A DNA stretch of 64,000 bases, taken from positions 4,172 to 68,171 of the forward strand of contig CAMVIT010000006.1 in assembly GCA_947167635.1 (NCBI GenBank), given 5' to 3'. The notes below the pieces were generated by a model that was given only the letters and a program-made list of their open reading frames with translations, had not been told where the DNA came from and did no database searches. This document shows, piece after piece, positions 58,712-64,000 of the stretch (within the stretch, counting starts at the first letter, position 1; every line of letters begins with the position of its first letter). This DNA is from an uncultured Bacteroidales bacterium. GTDB taxonomy: Bacteria; Bacteroidota; Bacteroidia; Bacteroidales; WCHB1-69. The position numbers and the translations under genes are program-made.

Positions 58712-58719
58712 TATTTTTG
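58712..58719 (+). promoter_or_regulatory. -7 box (TATTTTTG) upstream of the fusion helicase gene
   Basis: TATTTTTGCC lies 32 nt upstream of the ATG at 58751. Confidence 0.4.
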
Positions 58720-58750
58720 CCAACTGAATTGTCAGTAATAGATAGCTTAT

Positions 58751-61700
58751 ATGCTGGATTCCAAAGATCATTTCCGATTTTTCAAAAAAGGTCTATTTCC
58801 CAACAAAAATGACCTGTCTGGAATTGTTTTCATTGACTTGGAAGTTGGGGCTTCGGATAAAAAAACTCACGATTTTGGAGCATTAAAAGAACCTGATGTT
58901 CCGTTTCATTCTAATTCCAAACAAGATTTTGCAGATTTCATCTCTAAATCTGAATATCTATGCGGACACAATATTATCCATCACGACCTGGCATTTCTTC
59001 ATAGCATACCTTCCATAAAGTTCAAAAAAAATATTGACACGCTCTATCTTTCCCCTCTTCTTTTCCCGCAGAAGCCGTATCATAAATTACTGAAAGATGA
59101 AAAATTACAAGCGGATGAGTTAAACAATCCGTTGAACGATTGTAGAAAAACCAGAGAATTGTTCTATGATGAGGTTGATGCGTTTCAACATTTACCAAAA
59201 GATATTCAAACTATTTACTTTACTCTTTTACGTAATGCAGAAGAGTTTGCTGGATTTTTTGATTATCTGTCATTCAACACTGCTTTTTTCGACATTGAAG
59301 CACGTATTCTCCACTCTTTTGAGAACTTAGTATGTACCCATGCTCCATTGAAAGAACTTGTCAAAAATAATCCTGTAGAATTAGCATACGCTTTAGCTTT
59401 GATCAGAACAGATGACAGGACGTCTATCACTCCTCCTTGGTTGCTTTACAACTATCCTCAAATAGAGAATGTGTTTAAATTGCTTCGTCATACTCCTTGT
59501 CGCGACAATAACTGTTCTTATTGCAAAAGCATTATGAACATTCATCTCAAATTGCAAGAGGTGTTTGAATACAATGAGTTCAGAAAGTTTGGCGGGGAAC
59601 CTATGCAGGAACAAGCAGTTCAAGCTGCTGTTGACGGTGAATCAATATTGACCATTTTCCCAACAGGTGGAGGCAAGTCACTCACATTCCAGCTTCCTGC
59701 CATCATGGCAGGCCAAGCTGTTCATGGGCTTACGGTGATCATCTCACCCTTGCAATCTCTGATGAAAGACCAAGTGGACAATTTGAATGAAAGAGGCATA
59801 CACGAGGCAGTCACCATTAATGGGTTATTGGATCCTATCAGTCGCGCAAACGCCTTTGAGCGGGTTGCTGATGGCAGTGCGGCTCTGCTTTATATATCTC
59901 CAGAAATGCTTCGCTCCCGTACCATTGAAAAATTGTTATTGGCACGCAATGTAGTTCGTTTTGTTGTGGATGAAGCCCACTGTTTTTCTGCTTGGGGTCA
60001 GGACTTCCGCGTGGATTATCTCTATATCGGCAAGTTTATCAAGAATTTGCAAGAGAAAAAGAGACTTTCAACCCCAATTCCAGTTTCCTGCTTTACAGCC
60101 ACTGCAAAGCAAAAAGTCATTTCAGACATTCGCGACTATTTCAAACGAGAAATCGGTGTAGAACTGACATTGTTCGCATCTCCTTCTGCTCGTGAGAATT
60201 TGCATTATTCAGTTATCTATGCTGAAACGGAGGAGGAAAAATACAACACCTTACGTAGCTTAATGCTTGGAAACTCATGCCCGACTATCATCTACGTGTC
60301 TCGCACTAAAAAAACACTGGAGCTGGCGAACAAATTGACCAAAGATGGTCTTCAGGCATTGCCGTTCAACGGGAAAATGGATTCCAATGATAAAATTGCC
60401 AACCAAAATGCTTTCATCGCAAATAAGGCAAGAGCGATGGTGGCCACATCCGCTTTTGGAATGGGTGTTGACAAAAAAGATGTCGGTCTTGTTGTCCATT
60501 ACGATATTTCCGATTCGTTAGAAAATTATATCCAAGAGGCAGGCCGTGCCGGACGTGATCCTAAGACAGATGCAAAGTGCTATGTACTGTATAGTGACCA
60601 CGATTTGGATAAACACTTTCTTCTTCTCAATCAAACAAAGGTGAGTATCAGCGAAATCCAGCAGGTGTGGAAGGCAGTGAAAGATTTTACCAAACAAAGA
60701 AAGTCCGTCTGCTGTTCTGCTTTAGAAATCGCCAGACAGGCTGGTTGGAATGAAGAGAGGGCAGATGTGGAAACCCGTGTCCGAACAGCCATCAATGCTT
60801 TGGAAGATGCGGGCTATGTCAGTCGAGGCAATAATGTCCCTCAAGTTTTTGCCACTGGTATTTTGGTTAGAAACATGGAAGAGGCGCGTCAACGTATTGT
60901 TCATTCCGCTTTTTTTATGAATGACAAAGACAGGGATAATGCAGTGCGAATCATTAAATCTTTGATTTCAAGTAAAAGCAGAGCCACAGCCTTGGATGAT
61001 GAAGCAGAATCTCGTGTGGACTATCTAGCTGACATGCTCGGAATGACTAAAGAATCTGTCATTAATACAGTGAATCTGATGCGTCAAGAGGGTGTCCTCG
61101 CTGACTCTCAAGACATGTCTGCTTACATTGAGCATTCTGAAAACAAGACCAAGCAGATATTGGAAAAATTTTCACGGCTGGAAAGCTTCATCCTTACCAT
61201 GTTTTCTCGCCCAGAGTCCGAATGGTCTTATAAGTCGTTAAATGAAAGAGTATTAGATAAAAATATAACTTCTTCGATCAAGGATATAAGGACCGTTTTA
61301 TATTATTTATCCATTAAATCCTATATCAAGAAAAGTAAAAAAAACTATAATGGCTTGATTTGTGTTGAATTGACCGATGATTATGATCAAATCAAACAAA
61401 AACAAGATTTGAGAAAGGAAATCTGTCGCTTTATCGTCACCTCTTTGTATAAATTGACCTCGCAGCAAGTTAATTCATCGGAGCAATGTGGAAAGATTGT
61501 GCAGTTTTCGGTCAACTCACTTCATATAGAATATTTAAAACAACAAAATCAACAATTGTTCCATCATATTGCAAACTGCCATATCGATGATGTAAAAGAT
61601 GCTTTGCTCTATTTGTCCAAAATCGGAGCCATGAAGTTGGAAGGCGGATTTCTCGTGATTTACAATGCAATGGAAATCAGAAGGCTAAAAGAAATGAAAT

Positions 61701-63622
61701 ACCGATATAAGATAGAAGATTATCGGACATTAGACGAGTTCTACAAACAGAAACGCCAACAGATACATATTGTAGGCGAATATGCCAATATGATGGTCCG
61801 AAATTATCCGGCGGCATTGCAATATGTGCAAGATTATTTCCATATGGACTATAGTCAGTTCATATCCAAATATTTTAAAGGAGATCGGTTAAAGGAGATC
61901 GATCAAAACATAACCCCTGCTAAATTTCGGGATCTTTTTGGGAATCTATCTAAACAACAAAATAGAATTATTTCAGATAAACAATCGAAGTATATTGTGG
62001 TAGCAGCCGGTCCGGGTAGTGGAAAAACGCGTGTGCTTGTTCATAAATTGGCATCTTTACTATTAATGGAGGATGTAAAGCACGATCAACTTTTAATGCT
62101 CACCTTCTCTCGAGCCGCAGCCACAGAATTTAAACAACGATTGATAAACCTTATTGGAAATGCTGCTTATTTCGTTGAAATCAAGACATTTCATGCGTTC
62201 AGTTTCGATTTGTTAGGCATAATCGGATCCTTGGAAGAATCTAAGGATGTGGTGGCACGTGCTGTACAACTCATTGAGAGTGGTGAAGCGGAACAAGGTC
62301 ACATCAACAAGACAGTGTTGGTGATTGACGAGGCTCAGGACATGGATAAGAACGAATATGCCCTTGTGAAAGCATTGATGCGCAACAACGAAGAGATGCG
62401 AGTCATTGCCGTCGGCGATGATGACCAAAACATCTATCAGTTTCGAGGATCAGATAGTCGATTCATGCAATCATTTATTGATGAGATGGGAGCTACTAAA
62501 TATGAGATGACGGAGAATTTCCGTAGTGCTCCAGCCATCGTAACCTTTGCAAATCATTTTTCACAATGGATTTCGAATCGCATGAAGACATCTCCGTGTT
62601 CTTCCATTCAGACAGAGGCTGGAACAGTTCAGATCATTCAACATGAATCAGACAATTTGGAAATCCCGTTAGTGCTCCAACTAAAACACACCTATCATTC
62701 TGAACGTGCCTGTGTTCTGACGAATACCAATGAAGAGGCTGCCCGTATCCTTGGACTTCTGACCAAAGAAGGGATTAATGCAAAGCTTATCCAAACGACA
62801 AACGGATTTCATTTCGGCAACTTGGCGGAAATTCGTTACTTCCGTAAACAAATTAAAAAAGAACGTAATACGCCTGTCATCAGCGAAGACCTTTGGAATC
62901 GTGCTAAAATGAAAACACTGGCTTGCTATGAGGGAAGCACCTGTTTGGACTTTATTCGGGAATTTTTTCGTGTTTTTGAATCAACCAATAATGCTAAATA
63001 TTGGAGTGATTTGAATGATTTTATCGTTGAATCTAATCTGGAAGACTTTTGTGGTGAAGGGAATCAGACAGTCTTTGTTTCCACTATTCACAAAGCCAAA
63101 GGACGTGAATTTGACACTGTTTATATGCTTTTAAACAAAGAAGTCGCGGATACAGACGAGAAACTTCGTAAATTGTATGTTGGCATTACTCGCGCCAAGC
63201 AGTGCCTTTATATCCATTGCAATACCTCAATTTTCAGCAAATTGAAATCGGATAATATAGCATATTTTCACGATTTAACACACTATCCATTGCCACAGGA
63301 AATCACCATGCAATTAACGATGCATGATGTAAATTTGAATTTTTTCAAAGGAAAAAAAGAGAAATTGTTAAAATTAAGGAGTGGAATGCCTCTTATCTTT
63401 GATCAAGGATATCTGTTGTTGCCCTCTGGAGACAGGGTCATTAAGCTTTCTACTGACAAAAAGAAAGAGTTACAATCATGGGTGGAAAAAGGATATTCTG
63501 TACACACTGCCAAAATAAAATACATAATAGCGTGGAAAGGCAAAGATGACCATGAAGAAACAGCCGTTTTGCTTCCTGAAATTGCACTCTGTCAAATGTC
63601 TGGGGGGTGTGCAATCTCTTGA
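58751..63622 (+). CDS. 1623-aa fusion: DnaQ-like exonuclease fold + RecQ-type SF2 helicase + UvrD/PcrA-type SF1 helicase
   Basis: Exonuclease-like region at aa 22-145 (FIDLE, GHNIIHHDLAF, NPLND). RecQ core at aa 270-620 (PTGGGKS, VVDEAHCFSAWGQDFR, TATA, QEAGRAGRD). UvrD core at aa 1065-1490 (AAGPGSGKT, VIDEAQDM, VGDDDQNIYQFRG, NFRS, TIHKAKGREFD, LYVGITRAK). Confidence 0.85.
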   Translation: MLDSKDHFRFFKKGLFPNKNDLSGIVFIDLEVGASDKKTHDFGALKEPDVPFHSNSKQDFADFISKSEYLCGHNIIHHDLAFLHSIPSIKFKKNIDTLYLSPLLFPQKPYHKLLKDEKLQADELNNPLNDCRKTRELFYDEVDAFQHLPKDIQTIYFTLLRNAEEFAGFFDYLSFNTAFFDIEARILHSFENLVCTHAPLKELVKNNPVELAYALALIRTDDRTSITPPWLLYNYPQIENVFKLLRHTPCRDNNCSYCKSIMNIHLKLQEVFEYNEFRKFGGEPMQEQAVQAAVDGESILTIFPTGGGKSLTFQLPAIMAGQAVHGLTVIISPLQSLMKDQVDNLNERGIHEAVTINGLLDPISRANAFERVADGSAALLYISPEMLRSRTIEKLLLARNVVRFVVDEAHCFSAWGQDFRVDYLYIGKFIKNLQEKKRLSTPIPVSCFTATAKQKVISDIRDYFKREIGVELTLFASPSARENLHYSVIYAETEEEKYNTLRSLMLGNSCPTIIYVSRTKKTLELANKLTKDGLQALPFNGKMDSNDKIANQNAFIANKARAMVATSAFGMGVDKKDVGLVVHYDISDSLENYIQEAGRAGRDPKTDAKCYVLYSDHDLDKHFLLLNQTKVSISEIQQVWKAVKDFTKQRKSVCCSALEIARQAGWNEERADVETRVRTAINALEDAGYVSRGNNVPQVFATGILVRNMEEARQRIVHSAFFMNDKDRDNAVRIIKSLISSKSRATALDDEAESRVDYLADMLGMTKESVINTVNLMRQEGVLADSQDMSAYIEHSENKTKQILEKFSRLESFILTMFSRPESEWSYKSLNERVLDKNITSSIKDIRTVLYYLSIKSYIKKSKKNYNGLICVELTDDYDQIKQKQDLRKEICRFIVTSLYKLTSQQVNSSEQCGKIVQFSVNSLHIEYLKQQNQQLFHHIANCHIDDVKDALLYLSKIGAMKLEGGFLVIYNAMEIRRLKEMKYRYKIEDYRTLDEFYKQKRQQIHIVGEYANMMVRNYPAALQYVQDYFHMDYSQFISKYFKGDRLKEIDQNITPAKFRDLFGNLSKQQNRIISDKQSKYIVVAAGPGSGKTRVLVHKLASLLLMEDVKHDQLLMLTFSRAAATEFKQRLINLIGNAAYFVEIKTFHAFSFDLLGIIGSLEESKDVVARAVQLIESGEAEQGHINKTVLVIDEAQDMDKNEYALVKALMRNNEEMRVIAVGDDDQNIYQFRGSDSRFMQSFIDEMGATKYEMTENFRSAPAIVTFANHFSQWISNRMKTSPCSSIQTEAGTVQIIQHESDNLEIPLVLQLKHTYHSERACVLTNTNEEAARILGLLTKEGINAKLIQTTNGFHFGNLAEIRYFRKQIKKERNTPVISEDLWNRAKMKTLACYEGSTCLDFIREFFRVFESTNNAKYWSDLNDFIVESNLEDFCGEGNQTVFVSTIHKAKGREFDTVYMLLNKEVADTDEKLRKLYVGITRAKQCLYIHCNTSIFSKLKSDNIAYFHDLTHYPLPQEITMQLTMHDVNLNFFKGKKEKLLKLRSGMPLIFDQGYLLLPSGDRVIKLSTDKKKELQSWVEKGYSVHTAKIKYIIAWKGKDDHEETAVLLPEIALCQMSGGCAIS

Positions 63623-63720
63623 TGAACAATATTTCGACCTATCCATTCTCTTTTTTTGAATATTAATTTAATATTTAATTTTTATACACAATAATTTTAA
63701 TAACTCTGCGTTTTTGAAAT

Positions 63721-64000
63721 ATGAGTTACACGCAGACATCTTATCATATTATTCTCCGTACACATAACAGTAGTCCTGCCATAACAGTAGAATTTGAGAG
63801 AGAACTGTATGCTTACATATACGGTTTTGTTAAAAATGTCAATGGTCAACTTTATCGTATTGGAGGAATGCCTGACCATCTCCATCTTTTTGTGTCGCTT
63901 CCAGCCACTCTTGCTATGTCCAAATTCGTGCAAGAGCTAAAGGTTTCTACTAGTAAATGGCTGAAAGCAAACCCTCATTTTCCACTTTTTACGGGGTGGT
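63721..64000 (+). CDS. IS200/IS605-type Y1 (HUH) transposase / RAYT-like, 5' part (runs off the window)
   Basis: ATG at 63721. MSYTQTSYHIILRTHNS...GGMPDHLHLFVSL contains the HUH motif (HLH). It is not in the ORF track because no stop is reached. Confidence 0.75.
   Translation, partial: MSYTQTSYHIILRTHNSSPAITVEFERELYAYIYGFVKNVNGQLYRIGGMPDHLHLFVSLPATLAMSKFVQELKVSTSKWLKANPHFPLFTGW

Noticed and set aside
63623-63720. AT-only palindrome (aatatta-att-taatatt) as a possible IS200/IS605 subterminal hairpin.
   Set aside because: A 7-bp all-A/T stem in an AT-rich spacer is expected by chance. The element ends cannot be defined because the transposase runs off the window. It is mentioned only as context.
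1-64000. Looked for rRNA genes, prophage modules, restriction-modification, toxin-antitoxin pairs, retrons/DGR reverse transcriptases, and invertible promoters flanked by inverted repeats.
   Set aside because: No ORF or motif supporting any of these was seen by eye. Absence cannot be proven without profile searches.

Overview
This 64-kb window looks like a Bacteroidota (Bacteroidales-like) chromosome segment. The evidence is T9SS type A and type B C-terminal sorting domains, TAnnTTTG(C) -7 promoter boxes with short, SD-less leaders, and several Bacteroidota-typical DUF families. Most of it is housekeeping backbone: GH20 hexosaminidase, hemW, an alpha-oxoamine synthase, glmM, pepP-like, pdxJ, queA, leuS, tlyA, rnhB, def, ruvX, pth, rsmD, a deoxynucleoside kinase, folK, a gmhB-like phosphatase, an LpxL-like acyltransferase, and three tRNAs. 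Two giant T9SS cargo genes (1492 and 2182 aa) are also present. By eye there are three AT-richer accessory patches. Patch 1 (about 12.6-13.6 kb) holds a PKD lipoprotein gene broken by an in-frame stop, next to an orphan Card1/Can2-type CARF-nuclease. Patch 2 (about 30.3-34.6 kb), beside tRNA-Pro/tRNA-Arg, holds a truncated Rhs fragment plus orphan toxin/immunity cassettes joined by a reused 57-108 nt handle. Patch 3 (about 58.6-64.0 kb) holds a 1623-aa fusion of an exonuclease-like fold, a RecQ-type helicase and a UvrD-type helicase, followed by an IS200-like Y1 transposase. I rate that fusion as the most unusual object in the window. A GC-rich structured noncoding repeat occurs twice, and one copy has 20-bp terminal inverted repeats. 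I found no CRISPR array, cas genes, rRNA or integrase. All family calls come from motifs read by eye; no searches or computations were run.
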